Below are positions 9,632 to 19,336 of a stretch of DNA of 64,000 nt, one piece after another. Made by a program: the position numbers and the translations under genes. The DNA comes from an uncultured Gammaproteobacteria bacterium (GTDB lineage: Bacteria > Patescibacteriota > Patescibacteriia > Magasanikbacterales > GWA2-37-8), in NCBI GenBank assembly GCA_964536725.1, contig CAZHYJ010000001.1, forward strand, positions 53,018 to 117,017, in the 5' to 3' direction. Under the pieces are notes generated by a model. It worked only from the letters and a program-made list of their open reading frames with translations, was not told the DNA's origin and did not search any database. Every line of letters starts with the position of its first letter. Position 1 is the stretch's first letter.

Positions 9632-9706
9632 GGATATATTATAGCATATGATTTTAGTTATTTCTATATTATCTGGACTTAAAAAAGTAAACCAAAGTAA
9701 ACAGAA

Positions 9707-10105
9707 TTATGGCGGTCTTTCAAACCCTTGAATCTCTCTCAACAGGCGATGTCCTTGTTGTTTTGCTGTTTTGGGACTAAATCCTGCCCGAATTGCCGCC
9801 TCTTTGGCATTGCCTAATGTTGCTATGTAGTTATGCAAAAAACGTAGTCTCCGCAAACAAGGCCCATTAAACGCTGGAAGGCGCTTCACAATTGTGTTGT
9901 TCATGACATAGTCTGCAATATAAAAAAATACTAATTTATTTGGTTTGCAAAAGATAAGATCCCTTATAAAACGTATCTCTTGAATATTAAACCTTGGTAG
10001 TTTTTTAGGTTTTTTAAAATCGTCTGATAGATATAATGTATTTAAACACTCTATAAGAAATTTGGTGCTATAAGTCGTTTCCTTCTTGGTGTGGGTTTGT
10101 TTCAT
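9707..10105 (-). CDS. Protein with terminase-small-subunit-like HTH
   Basis: GNAKEAAIRAGFSPKTAKQQGHRLL resembles TerS N-terminal consensus NATxAAIRAGYSxKTA. Confidence 0.6.
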   Translation of the reverse strand: MKQTHTKKETTYSTKFLIECLNTLYLSDDFKKPKKLPRFNIQEIRFIRDLIFCKPNKLVFFYIADYVMNNTIVKRLPAFNGPCLRRLRFLHNYIATLGNAKEAAIRAGFSPKTAKQQGHRLLREIQGFERPP

Positions 10106-10250
10106 AGAGATAGTTTTTAATAATTAAATTTAAAATATCCGTCATTACCGAACCTTTGGAGGCGGCAACAACTTTAAGTTCCTTATGCAACTCCTTATCA
10201 ATACGAACTTGTTTTGTATTGTTTTTATTATTTTGTAACTTTGTTGACAT
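10068..10250 (-). CDS. Small ribbon-helix-helix-like DNA-binding protein
   Basis: KQVRIDKELHKELKVVAA...; start MSTK at 10250. Confidence 0.55.
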   Translation of the reverse strand: MSTKLQNNKNNTKQVRIDKELHKELKVVAASKGSVMTDILNLIIKNYLYETNPHQEGNDL

Positions 10251-10548
10251 ATTATTACCATCACCCTTCCCTAGATAACCCTCTCCCTCCCTGCACTCCC
10301 TCAACCCGAATGTCCTACTTGTCCTGTCCCTCCCGTAAAGAGTCTCGTCTTTACTCAAAGGTTTGGTTAGTTTGGTCATTTTAAGTGAAAAATTTTTCAC
10401 TCATTCGGTATATCGGTCGTTTGGTCGGTCGCCCATAATCTCTGCTAAATTTTATTTTATATCGTTTTAGCCAGCGCTATGGGTGCGCCCTCATACGATA
10501 AGGTTCAAAGTCCTGATCTATTTCTTTGTTAGAAATAAGTCGGGGCTT

Positions 10549-10812
10549 TTAACTTTGGGATATGTTGTTAAGCCATTTTAAATTAGCCTGTGGCACAAAA
10601 TTTAAGATAGCATTCGGCATAGCAGCCCCTCCGCTCACAAACTCTCGGCCAGCTATTTTGTTCTTCTTGGTCTCTCTCATCCAGCGACATTTGTCTTGTG
10701 TGCTACCGCTTCTTAAATTTAAATCAGGATCCAGTGGACAAAGATTTTGAGAACAGGAGTTAAAATTTGGGCAATGACGTAAATTATCAACGGCGTTTAA
10801 TTCTTTTGTCAT
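10549..10812 (-). CDS. Small Cys-rich hypothetical protein
   Basis: CPNFNSCSQNLCPLD. Confidence 0.6.
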   Translation of the reverse strand: MTKELNAVDNLRHCPNFNSCSQNLCPLDPDLNLRSGSTQDKCRWMRETKKNKIAGREFVSGGAAMPNAILNFVPQANLKWLNNISQS

Positions 10813-10814
10813 AT

Positions 10815-11000
10815 TTATGTATTATTTTTTGGAGTTAAGCTATGTTTATTATGTTCTGCTTTGGTTATGGGTTGAAAAACTAACTCAACAAGCCGGAGAA
10901 GTTTGATCCCGATTTCACACGCTTCTTTCTTGGTTGTTTCTTTGCCATGTCGTTTGCAAAGAGTTTGAAATTCTAGGATTTCGTCCTCGGACAAGATCAT
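10815..11000 (-). CDS. Small hypothetical protein
   Basis: 61 aa ORF coupled to the downstream ORF. Confidence 0.6.
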   Translation of the reverse strand: MILSEDEILEFQTLCKRHGKETTKKEACEIGIKLLRLVELVFQPITKAEHNKHSLTPKNNT

Positions 11001-11082
11001 AATTAAAAATCACACTGGGTTATAGTGTGATTATATATGACTTAATTTTGAGTAGTGTGACGATAACTGGCACCAATTAAAA

Positions 11083-11856
11083 TCAGTCACCAAATAACAT
11101 TTTTCTCTTTTTTTGAATTACAGAGTAGATTTTTCTTACAAGTGAGGCTTTACTTGTTTTTTTAAAAAACTTTTTAGCTATTTCTTTACTGGTGTATTGC
11201 TCTAACTTTTTATCTACTTTATATCCATTTTTTTTCTTTATTTTTTCATATTCAGTTTCACTATACTGTTTTTTTAGTATTGATAGATACATACTGGGGT
11301 GTTCAACCCACTCTTTTTTTCTTTTCCGCATTTCCTCTTCAATTTTTATAGCTAAATCTATATCAATTTTGGGTCTTAAATCCAGCGTTACCTTTGATGG
11401 CAAAAATTCTTTTTGTAATTGTAGTAATTTTTTGGTCGCTGCTCTAATTTCTTCTTTTGTTAGCGATGCATATGCTTTAATTGATACCCACTTATTAGAT
11501 CTGTTTCCGCTAGGGTCTGGGCCAAGAGAAACAGCAAAGTTAATTTTAGGAGCATCTATTTTATTAGAAATAATAAAATTTTTTATATGAATCAAAAAAT
11601 TATACCGTAATTGATATTTTTTTGTTAAACTTTCTGCATTATAAAAAAGACCGCTCTCATCCAATAATGATCTTTTGTTTGGGGGAAGCGCGTTTAGGTT
11701 TTTGCCAAGCCAATGTTTTTTTAGTATTTCATTATCAAATCCATGTACAGGAATTTTTATTTTTTTTCTGATCTTTTTAACATCCTCCAAAAATTTTGGA
11801 TGACTTGCGAGCAGTTTCATTATAAACAAATTTTCTTTATATGTTTTTTCAAACAT
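11083..11856 (-). CDS. Basic hypothetical protein, possible regulator; homolog of 26927-27715
   Basis: F..xxKKIRKKIKIP..G motif; C-terminal HTH-like TSKEIAKKF. Confidence 0.6.
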   Translation of the reverse strand: MFEKTYKENLFIMKLLASHPKFLEDVKKIRKKIKIPVHGFDNEILKKHWLGKNLNALPPNKRSLLDESGLFYNAESLTKKYQLRYNFLIHIKNFIISNKIDAPKINFAVSLGPDPSGNRSNKWVSIKAYASLTKEEIRAATKKLLQLQKEFLPSKVTLDLRPKIDIDLAIKIEEEMRKRKKEWVEHPSMYLSILKKQYSETEYEKIKKKNGYKVDKKLEQYTSKEIAKKFFKKTSKASLVRKIYSVIQKKRKMLFGD

Positions 11857-12021
11857 ATGGTAATTTTAAAAATTATACCTTTGTTGACTTGAGGGTAAAT
11901 AAGCTGTAATATTATGATATTATAATTTAGTATATATTAGCTTAACTACAAAGACAAATTACTAATTACAATACCTAACCCCTAGAGACTTCTGGCGATT
12001 CTTTTCTAGGATATGGTAATC

Positions 12022-12176
12022 AAACCCTACGCGAATAAAGATGGTCTTCTGACCAGCACTTATTCGCGTAGGTTCACTCCCGAAAGGGGGCGAGGCAGGT
12101 CCGAAAGGATTTGTCGCTGTGTCGGGAGGCCTTTTTTGTTCTCTCGGCGAGCCCTAATTATTAAATCCTACGCGAA
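12022..12176 (+). promoter_or_regulatory. Structured RNA leader ahead of island 1 cargo
   Basis: CCTACGCGAATAAG/CTTTATTCGCGTAGG stem, two GAAA-loop hairpins, loop complementary to GTCGGGAGGCC + U-run. Confidence 0.6.
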
Positions 12177-12180
12177 AAAT

Positions 12181-12903
12181 ATGAAGAAATATCTTCTAAT
12201 TTTATTCTTGGTAGCAATCATGTTTCCCTCGGTAGCTTTTGCTTCTTGGTGGAATCCTTTTTCTTGGAAAATTTTTAATTCCTCTCACAAAAAAGAAGTA
12301 GTGCTACAGGCACAGGCGGTTAATAATAAACCAGTAGTTAGTCCAACGGTAGAAAACAAAAAACTACAAAATCAAAATTTAAATTTAGAAAAAAAACCAA
12401 AAGAAATCGCTAATGATGAATGGTATAATGTTACAATTTTAACTCCTCCGAACAGAAAATCAGATGATCCACCTGGGGGAATGAAGTTTGAGGTTAAACT
12501 TAAAAATCTAAATGTAACCCCGTTTATTACAAATCTAGGTATCTGTGGATGTACTCTTTCTGATCTGAAAGGGAAAACCTACAGAACTGAATTTTCCGGT
12601 GAAGGTAGATTAAAAAAGGCTTTATTACCAGGAGAGGAAGCCAGCTTAAATTTTTTTAGTACGTTCAGTCATAGAGAATTTGTTAAAAATGGTGAAGTTG
12701 AGTGTCGCGGGGAAAATACTTTAGATTTTATTATGTTGGATTGGAGTAAAAATATAGTTAAGTGTATATATAATCAATCCGGTGAGTGTGCATGTGAAGA
12801 TCTTGGCCCAATGCATGTTGTGAATTGTGATTTCAGTATTTCAACAGATGGCAAGCAAGCTTCTTGCTGGGGCAAATATCCGACGACAGTAAAAATAGAT
12901 TAG
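12181..12903 (+). CDS. Secreted protein with CPR-type ASWWNPFSW motif
   Basis: Signal peptide MKKYLL...AFA-SWWNPFSW; ATG at 12181. Confidence 0.75.
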   Translation: MKKYLLILFLVAIMFPSVAFASWWNPFSWKIFNSSHKKEVVLQAQAVNNKPVVSPTVENKKLQNQNLNLEKKPKEIANDEWYNVTILTPPNRKSDDPPGGMKFEVKLKNLNVTPFITNLGICGCTLSDLKGKTYRTEFSGEGRLKKALLPGEEASLNFFSTFSHREFVKNGEVECRGENTLDFIMLDWSKNIVKCIYNQSGECACEDLGPMHVVNCDFSISTDGKQASCWGKYPTTVKID

Positions 12904-12928
12904 GATTTATCCAAATTGCACCAAAATT

Positions 12929-13903
12929 ATGGATGTTAAACAAATCAATGAGTACGCTGAAAAATTGTGTAGTGTTATTAAACTCTATTACCTAAAGGAT
13001 TATTGTGATAATGATAAAAACTGGTTTAGTGCCTGCCAATTATCAATGCGTAATTTTGTTTTGTCTCGTAATGGGTGGCTTAAAAGTGATAAATCTGAAG
13101 ATACTTTGGTATTTGCTGGCAAACACCACTTAACGGTAAATATACTCTACAGCGGCTCACCGGGTGAGCTCATGCTAAATACAGCAATCGGTATTGCCAA
13201 AGCAGAGTTAATTGATAATTTTAACACCAATGGAAAAAATACGCTTGAAGACACTGTAACAAACATTGAAAAATGTGTTAGAGGTCAGGATTGGATAATA
13301 CCATTTGTGCGTAATAAACATTTTACCCAAAACAATAATAAAAATATGAACAAACACACCTCTATTCTTCGTTGGCTCTCAATAATACCAGTGGTTTTTA
13401 CAATTGTTTATTTATCGGATTGGATTGTAAGATTTATTTTATGGTTTTTGCGTTTACCAATAATTATATTTGAAAAGATTTTTGGTTTTGGTTCCGGCCC
13501 AATTGGAAAATTGTTTGATAATATAACAAATTTTCTTTTTGGACTTAATAGTATTGGCACTTTGACCGTAATTTTTTCTGGTCTACTAACAATGTCAGCA
13601 ATTGTTTATCTTTTGGCCATTATTATACCTAAAGACAATAAATCTACCGCACGAACATTGGCAATAATTTTATTGACTTTTTTCGCTATTAGTTTAGTTG
13701 CCACTTTTTTATCTAACAGAATGACAGGAGAAGTCATACTATATACAATCGTTTTAACAACGGGAGCTATTTTGGGGTGGAATTCAATTAAAAAAGAGAC
13801 AGAAAAAGAAAGGGAAAAACATGAGTATCTGGTTCAAAAATATATTAAGCGTATTTTTATTTTTACAACTCTGTTTACGGTATTTTTGTTATTTTTTTCT
13901 TGA
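12929..13903 (+). CDS. Hypothetical membrane protein (possibly two fused ORFs)
   Basis: Soluble N-terminal part, then MNKH... multi-TM part. Confidence 0.55.
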   Translation: MDVKQINEYAEKLCSVIKLYYLKDYCDNDKNWFSACQLSMRNFVLSRNGWLKSDKSEDTLVFAGKHHLTVNILYSGSPGELMLNTAIGIAKAELIDNFNTNGKNTLEDTVTNIEKCVRGQDWIIPFVRNKHFTQNNNKNMNKHTSILRWLSIIPVVFTIVYLSDWIVRFILWFLRLPIIIFEKIFGFGSGPIGKLFDNITNFLFGLNSIGTLTVIFSGLLTMSAIVYLLAIIIPKDNKSTARTLAIILLTFFAISLVATFLSNRMTGEVILYTIVLTTGAILGWNSIKKETEKEREKHEYLVQKYIKRIFIFTTLFTVFLLFFS

Positions 13904-13953
13904 GATAAGGTAGGTTCATTATTTGGAGTGTGTTATAGTGGTACATTAACTTT

Positions 13954-14445
13954 ATGAAAGGTAAGCACGAAAAATATATAGTATTATTCTTTTTCGGCGT
14001 TGTCGCAATAGCTGGTATTGTTATTTATAACAACAATAAAATAAACAGCTTTTCAAATTCACTTACCGTAAACGCACAAGCCAATAATAAAGCAGTAGAA
14101 CAACAAGTAAATAATGGCTGGGAAGACTGTGAAAATTATAAAGATATAGAAATTTTTAAAAAACCAAAACAGATTGTCTGGTTAGCCAAAATGAATGGTT
14201 GTCTAGAGAGTTGCCAAGGAGGGTCTTTTACCAGTATAGAAGCAGGAGTTGAATACCCAAGGTTTGCCGCCTATCTACCAGATGGCGAAAAAATACCCGA
14301 GGAGTATAAGGATAAAAATGATCTAGTTTTAAAGATAGTCGGCGAATGGATCGGCATTGGCGACGATTATTACAATACCGTTTTTAGTGGTCAATGCGTG
14401 CCTATAATTACAATTAAAAGCGTTACACCGGCAGCAAACATTTGA
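13954..14445 (+). CDS. Membrane-anchored hypothetical protein
   Basis: N-terminal TM helix, Cys pairs. Confidence 0.65.
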   Translation: MKGKHEKYIVLFFFGVVAIAGIVIYNNNKINSFSNSLTVNAQANNKAVEQQVNNGWEDCENYKDIEIFKKPKQIVWLAKMNGCLESCQGGSFTSIEAGVEYPRFAAYLPDGEKIPEEYKDKNDLVLKIVGEWIGIGDDYYNTVFSGQCVPIITIKSVTPAANI

Positions 14446-14491
14446 TAGATTTGGATATCTGTATAATCGTAGTAACTAAAGCCTAAAAAAT

Positions 14492-14785
14492 GTGAAAAAA
14501 ATATTTCTCTATATATTTTGGACGATGATGCTAATATTTATCGCGGTAGCGCTAATTTATGGGTTTATAACTTATTCCATCTTTAAGGTAGATTCAAGTG
14601 GGCTGATTTATGATGGTCTTGGCAGACAACTTTATGAAGCGCCTCTTTGGGCGAAGTTTTTATTATTGAACGAACACCGGTGGCCTGGTTTATTTTGGAC
14701 AATATTTGATAGAGCAGCATGTGTTTGTTTTGGCAGTTTGGCATATATAATGCATAAACTTGCAACAAAAATGAGCATTGAATAA
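14492..14785 (+). CDS. Small membrane protein
   Basis: Two hydrophobic segments. Confidence 0.6.
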   Translation: MKKIFLYIFWTMMLIFIAVALIYGFITYSIFKVDSSGLIYDGLGRQLYEAPLWAKFLLLNEHRWPGLFWTIFDRAACVCFGSLAYIMHKLATKMSIE

Positions 14786-14803
14786 AAATTTGTATCAAGT
14801 ACT

Positions 14804-15289
14804 ATGCCCATCCTCTCAACGTTTTACACCATAGTAATTCCAATTGAAAACTTAAAAAGAGTCTTAACTGATGAGGAATTACAAAAAGCCTTGGCCGAAA
14901 AGAATTATCTGACCATGGTTAGGTTTGATGATAATTTATATAGTGAATCCACAATGGGCCCTTATGATAATGAAATTGTTATTAAGTATTGGGAAAGCAA
15001 GGGTTTAATTCCGACAGAAATAGTTAATGGAGAAGAGCGTTGGAAAGATCTGTGTCTGGTGGCTGCACCCGATAATCAGCCGACAGCACCTTGTGATTGG
15101 GTTGAAATCTTCTCTGTTGATGAATATAACAGCTATATTAACTTGAAAGGAAAACCAAGAGATCTTCTAGTAAAACAAACATCTTCGGTTGAAGAATTTG
15201 CGAAAGCATTAAAATACACGAAACAAGAATTGCAGCAACTCCTTCACAACAGGCCTATAACAAAAAAAGTCTGTTTTAGAGATTATTGA
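14804..15289 (+). CDS. Hypothetical protein
   Basis: 161 aa ORF co-oriented with cargo. Confidence 0.6.
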   Translation: MPILSTFYTIVIPIENLKRVLTDEELQKALAEKNYLTMVRFDDNLYSESTMGPYDNEIVIKYWESKGLIPTEIVNGEERWKDLCLVAAPDNQPTAPCDWVEIFSVDEYNSYINLKGKPRDLLVKQTSSVEEFAKALKYTKQELQQLLHNRPITKKVCFRDY

Positions 15290-15353
15290 GTGTCTTCTAA
15301 ATTAGGTTGACTTACCCATGTTGTTAGGCTAACATAAAGCCGTAAAACACTTT

Positions 15354-15749
15354 ATGAAAAAGGCCTATCTAACTTTTCTATTTTTATTCATTTTTCTTCC
15401 ATCGGTAACCTTGGCCCACCCCGGACGCACGGATTCTTCTGGTTGCCATACTTGTCGCACAAATTGTGCTAAATGGGGGCTTTCTACGGGCGAATATCAT
15501 TGTCATAGGGCAAAGACACTCCCGCAGCCAAAAGAGCCCATTAAAAGCCATTTTAGCGAGACTGGTGGGTATATCACGCCGGCACCGGAGTATAAACAAC
15601 CTGCCACTAATATTAAAAAGGCAGTTACGACAACCGCCGAAGTTAAGCCGGTAGTAAAACAGGTTGAAGTTAAATCAACTGCTAAACAAGCAGAGGTTAA
15701 AGTGAGCGAATCGTGGTTTACTAAGTTGGTTAGATTTTTGTTTAAATAA
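15354..15749 (+). CDS. YHYH-domain secreted protein
   Basis: Signal peptide + HPGRTDSSGCHTC...GEYHCH. Confidence 0.8.
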   Translation: MKKAYLTFLFLFIFLPSVTLAHPGRTDSSGCHTCRTNCAKWGLSTGEYHCHRAKTLPQPKEPIKSHFSETGGYITPAPEYKQPATNIKKAVTTTAEVKPVVKQVEVKSTAKQAEVKVSESWFTKLVRFLFK

Positions 15750-15750
15750 T

Positions 15751-16482
15751 ATGGAAAAAATTAGCCTTATAGCACAAGTATTCTTAGTTTTAATAACTAT
15801 AGCGGGCTGGTTTGCCGTCTACTACCTAAATTTAAAACAACAACGGAAAAATTTGGAAGATAACGCAAAATATAGGGTTTATGAAAAATTTTGGTCGTCA
15901 AGAGGACTTATATATAGCACACATAATCAATTAAGTAGCCAAATATTTGTGGGCCCGCCATTTATTCTAATGGATTCCACAAAAATTCTTGGGCAAGTCA
16001 CGAACAGGCAGGAAGATGTGTGGAAAGGACAACAGAACGCTATACAGATCTTTTTTGAATATCGGAATAAATTAGCGTCGTTAAATGAAAATTTTAATGA
16101 CACATATCTACAATTTTGGAGAGATGTTGAAATGTGGTTACATGTAATGCCAGACCTTGAACAATCGGCAAAGATTCTTTTTTCTGAATATACTATTACA
16201 AAAGATTTAGTTTACAAACATATTAGTTATTTACAGATTCTTGACGCTCAAAAATGGGAGACATTTAATCGCAACGATATCAAAGAAAGAGCAGAGACGG
16301 TATGGGGTAGTATGTCTAACCTCAGTGCTTACACGGAGGATTTTATGGCGTTAATTCACAACGAGCTTGTTGGTCCGTTATTTAAGTACAAAAAAACTGT
16401 CAGGGTCCCAATGGATCAGAGATATAAAGTGTTAACTAAAGATGGTTTGAAAATTATTGATAGTGCACATAGCATAAAATGA
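15751..16482 (+). CDS. Hypothetical protein with N-terminal TM helix
   Basis: 243 aa ORF. Confidence 0.65.
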   Translation: MEKISLIAQVFLVLITIAGWFAVYYLNLKQQRKNLEDNAKYRVYEKFWSSRGLIYSTHNQLSSQIFVGPPFILMDSTKILGQVTNRQEDVWKGQQNAIQIFFEYRNKLASLNENFNDTYLQFWRDVEMWLHVMPDLEQSAKILFSEYTITKDLVYKHISYLQILDAQKWETFNRNDIKERAETVWGSMSNLSAYTEDFMALIHNELVGPLFKYKKTVRVPMDQRYKVLTKDGLKIIDSAHSIK

Positions 16483-16710
16483 TGATTAAAAGTTATCAAT
16501 ACAAAACTTCGTTTGAGTAGTGGTTATTTGGCACCATTTTTGCATGATGGATGATGGTGTTGCTTTAATGTAAAAAGGGTTGTATACTATAGATAGTGAA
16601 TATTCTTCAATTTTACATGATGTGTTATGTGGTGGGTTCTTTTTAGTGAGTAGGCTTTATAAATATTGACATTTTTTAGTAATTGTGTTTAAATGTTATA
16701 CTAAACTTAT

Positions 16711-17121
16711 ATGGGGAATTTGTCACCACTACAACATAGAATCAACGTAATATTAGCTAATCTCAGAGTGAAATTATTTCCGAGTAATAATTTGATAAAA
16801 GAGGTGCATGTTTGTTGTAACCAAAAATTACCAAAGGATGTTAAGGTGATTTGGAAAAGAGAAGATGATGGTTTTATAGTTGGCCATGTTAATGTAGATG
16901 GTTATGAGTTTACTACCCAAGGTAAAAATGCTAAAGATTTTATAAACATGGTAAATGATGCCATCTACGCTATTTACGAAATCCCCCCACAGTATATTCC
17001 TTATCTTGGTGGTTATCAAAGATATTTTCCTAAACCAGATCAGCTAGAACTGTTAAAAGATAAAAGCATTACAAATTCAACTCTTGGTTTCTATCAAAAC
17101 CAACATTGTCCAGCATCTTAA
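16711..17121 (+). CDS. HicB-like antitoxin
   Basis: WKREDDGFIVGHV...TQGKNAKDFINMVNDAI pattern. Confidence 0.55.
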   Translation: MGNLSPLQHRINVILANLRVKLFPSNNLIKEVHVCCNQKLPKDVKVIWKREDDGFIVGHVNVDGYEFTTQGKNAKDFINMVNDAIYAIYEIPPQYIPYLGGYQRYFPKPDQLELLKDKSITNSTLGFYQNQHCPAS

Positions 17122-17125
17122 GAAT

Positions 17126-17377
17126 ATGGGTGAATTTGCAGATGTAAAAAGAAAGAAAATTTTAAAGCTGCTGAAAAAGTTAGCTCAAATAAATGGCTTT
17201 ACAATCACTACTGGAGGTAATCATCAATGGGTAATTAGGTATACGAGCTGGCAGAGACCTTTCCCAATCCCATTTAAACAAAATAAGTTAAAAAAATGTT
17301 ATATTGAGGATCTTGCAAAGCTGGTCATTGCAACTGGAACATGCACAGAAGAAGTTTTTAAGGAATGGATAGGGTAA
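17126..17377 (+). CDS. HicA-like toxin
   Basis: KKILKLLKKL...GFTITTGGNH...FPIP pattern; ATG 17126. Confidence 0.55.
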   Translation: MGEFADVKRKKILKLLKKLAQINGFTITTGGNHQWVIRYTSWQRPFPIPFKQNKLKKCYIEDLAKLVIATGTCTEEVFKEWIG

Positions 17378-17437
17378 AATAAAAATAAAATACACCTATT
17401 TTGTGAGTGTATTTTTTAATTTTGTATAAAAAATATA

Positions 17438-17464
17438 GTTCTAACATCCTCTACTAAGGAGCTC
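17438..17464 (+). repeat. att half-site repeat R1 (attR of island 1)
   Basis: GTTCTAACATCCTCTACTAAGGAGCTC. Confidence 0.9.
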
Positions 17465-17619
17465 ACTTTTCGTAAAACACCAAAACTCTGCTAAGTCTGG
17501 CAGAGTTTTTGGTTCTGATATTTGGCATAAGGTACATATATTTACTACCCCTTTGGAGAAAAAATGGCAAGAGTAGAACCGATTGAAAAAGGATTATTTT
17601 TTTGGTATAGTTAATCATA

Positions 17620-18480
17620 ATGACTACTATTTTGAACCCCTGTTATTTTAACCTTTTTATGTATAGCATTCTTTTTCCGTTAATTTTGGTCTTTGTTATT
17701 TATTTTTTGGTAAAAGAATACAAAAGATACAGGTGGCCAAAGGTTTTTTCAAGAAAAATTACAAAAGAGCTGGGGAAACAGTTTGATAAATTGTGGAAAG
17801 CCAAAGATGACGGCCTCCTGGATTTGAAAATTTTTGATTCAGCCAAAAGAGTGTTTGAAAAATATTCTATTTACTTTTCTTCTTCTTTGGAATGGACACC
17901 ACTTCTTAAGAATGACGAAGGCCCAATCGACCCCGACCAGGCTGTGATTTTACGAAAGGAAATGGATAATTATTGGGTCATGGAAAAAAGTGTTATTTGC
18001 GATAATCATGTTTATAAATTTGAAGAAAAGCCCGATGGCGTTTTTATGCTTTTTAGGGATGGAGAATTAATAGGTGAAGTTAAAAGTGGAATTACGGATA
18101 GTAATAAAGTTTGTTTTATAAATCCACCAGACCCTAAATGTTTTTTTAATTCAACGCCATCTTGGGGAGAAGTTTTTGTCTGGAAAGATAACTATATTAT
18201 TAAAAGCTATACAGAGAATAGTGCCACCTTTAAAATCAATAATGACTTTTTAGAACTTCCAAAATCATGGGATGGAAAAATGAAAGCTCATGCTTTTGTT
18301 TTGGATAAAGATGGAGTTGTGGAATCTGCTGTTTTTGAAATCAAAGAAACATTAAATCCCCCGATTCCGCTGGATAATATTTATTGGTGCAAGTATCTTG
18401 GAAATGGAAAATTATCTCCACCAACATTGATTATTTCACAGGCTCATTTGGAAAGCGCGAGTATAAATGAGGTCAATTAA
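17620..18480 (+). CDS. Cassette 1 gene: membrane-anchored hypothetical protein
   Basis: N-terminal TM; promoter TTGAAA(17583)-17-TATAGT(17606). Confidence 0.7.
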   Translation: MTTILNPCYFNLFMYSILFPLILVFVIYFLVKEYKRYRWPKVFSRKITKELGKQFDKLWKAKDDGLLDLKIFDSAKRVFEKYSIYFSSSLEWTPLLKNDEGPIDPDQAVILRKEMDNYWVMEKSVICDNHVYKFEEKPDGVFMLFRDGELIGEVKSGITDSNKVCFINPPDPKCFFNSTPSWGEVFVWKDNYIIKSYTENSATFKINNDFLELPKSWDGKMKAHAFVLDKDGVVESAVFEIKETLNPPIPLDNIYWCKYLGNGKLSPPTLIISQAHLESASINEVN

Positions 18481-18515
18481 ATTTATAGGTAGAAACCAAT
18501 TTATTTTGGTAAACC

Positions 18516-18542
18516 GTTCTAACATCCTCTATCAAGGAGCTC
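18516..18542 (+). repeat. att half-site repeat R2
   Basis: GTTCTAACATCCTCTATCAAGGAGCTC. Confidence 0.9.
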
Positions 18543-18790
18543 GCCGTAAACTTCGCTTAAACAGCGGGGTTTTTTGTTATACCCACAAGAAGAGTCGAAC
18601 TAAAACAAAAAACACTCAGTAATTCTGAGAGTTTTTTATTCCTCAATCACTTCTATAAATAAAAATGATAATCGGAGGGGAGGTCAAGACTTGCGTCACG
18701 ACCCCCGTTGCGAGTGCGTTCGTCAAACCTTGCGGTCTTCAGAACAGCACTGACACAGTTCCCCTCCGAGCGCGCCGGCCGTGTGACCGA

Positions 18791-19336
18791 CTACGCCGGC
18801 TTATCGGCCGACTTCTGCGCGCGCATGACCCGCACGTAGCCGAGCACGTCGGCCCAGCTCGAGACGAAGGCCGGGCCCATCACGTTCTCGTCGTGGACGA
18901 GGCCGTTCTGGGTCCAGAACTCGATCTCGGCGGCGTTGTTGTCGATGACGCCGGGGTCGTGGGGCTCGCGCGGGGCGCTGGGGCCGGGGAAGCTGGTGTA
19001 GAGCTGCCACGACGTGCCGTCGTCCGAGATGCCCGCGATGACCGTGAAGAGGGACGTCGGCTGCTTCTCGATCCCGACGAGGACGTGGCTCGGCACGTCG
19101 CGGCCCTTGCGGAACGCGAAGTACATCTGCCCGTTGTCCACGACGGGGAGGCAGCCGTTGAGGCCGACGATGCGCCCCATGTCGATGGTCGTCAGCAGGA
19201 ACCCCCCGCTCTCGGGCATGGTCACCATGCCGATCGCCTCCTCGAGGAGGGCCATCGCCTCGGGGTGCGCCTCGAGGTGCTTCTGGGTCTGGTCGGACAC
19301 GATGACCTTCTTGCCGCACTTGCTCTGGAATTCCAT
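18791..19336 (-). CDS. Cassette 2 gene: high-GC hypothetical protein
   Basis: GGAGG RBS, strong G/C third positions in this frame; minus-strand TTGACA promoter near 19536. Confidence 0.7.
   Translation of the reverse strand: MEFQSKCGKKVIVSDQTQKHLEAHPEAMALLEEAIGMVTMPESGGFLLTTIDMGRIVGLNGCLPVVDNGQMYFAFRKGRDVPSHVLVGIEKQPTSLFTVIAGISDDGTSWQLYTSFPGPSAPREPHDPGVIDNNAAEIEFWTQNGLVHDENVMGPAFVSSWADVLGYVRVMRAQKSADKPA

Larger units (their letters stand above)
7901..17464. mobile_element. Island 1: LSR-encoding integrative element (satellite-like) at tRNA-Gly(GCC)
   Basis: Integrase abutting tRNA 3' end; GCTC core shared with att half-site at 17438-17464; lower GC; hypothetical cargo. Confidence 0.8.

Noticed and set aside
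10250-10400. N-terminal half of the 110-aa ORF
   Set aside because: Falls in a low-complexity repeat tract; the RHH-like part starts at 10250.
12013-12180. N-terminal extension of the 296-aa ORF
   Set aside because: It is the structured leader; the signal peptide starts at 12181.
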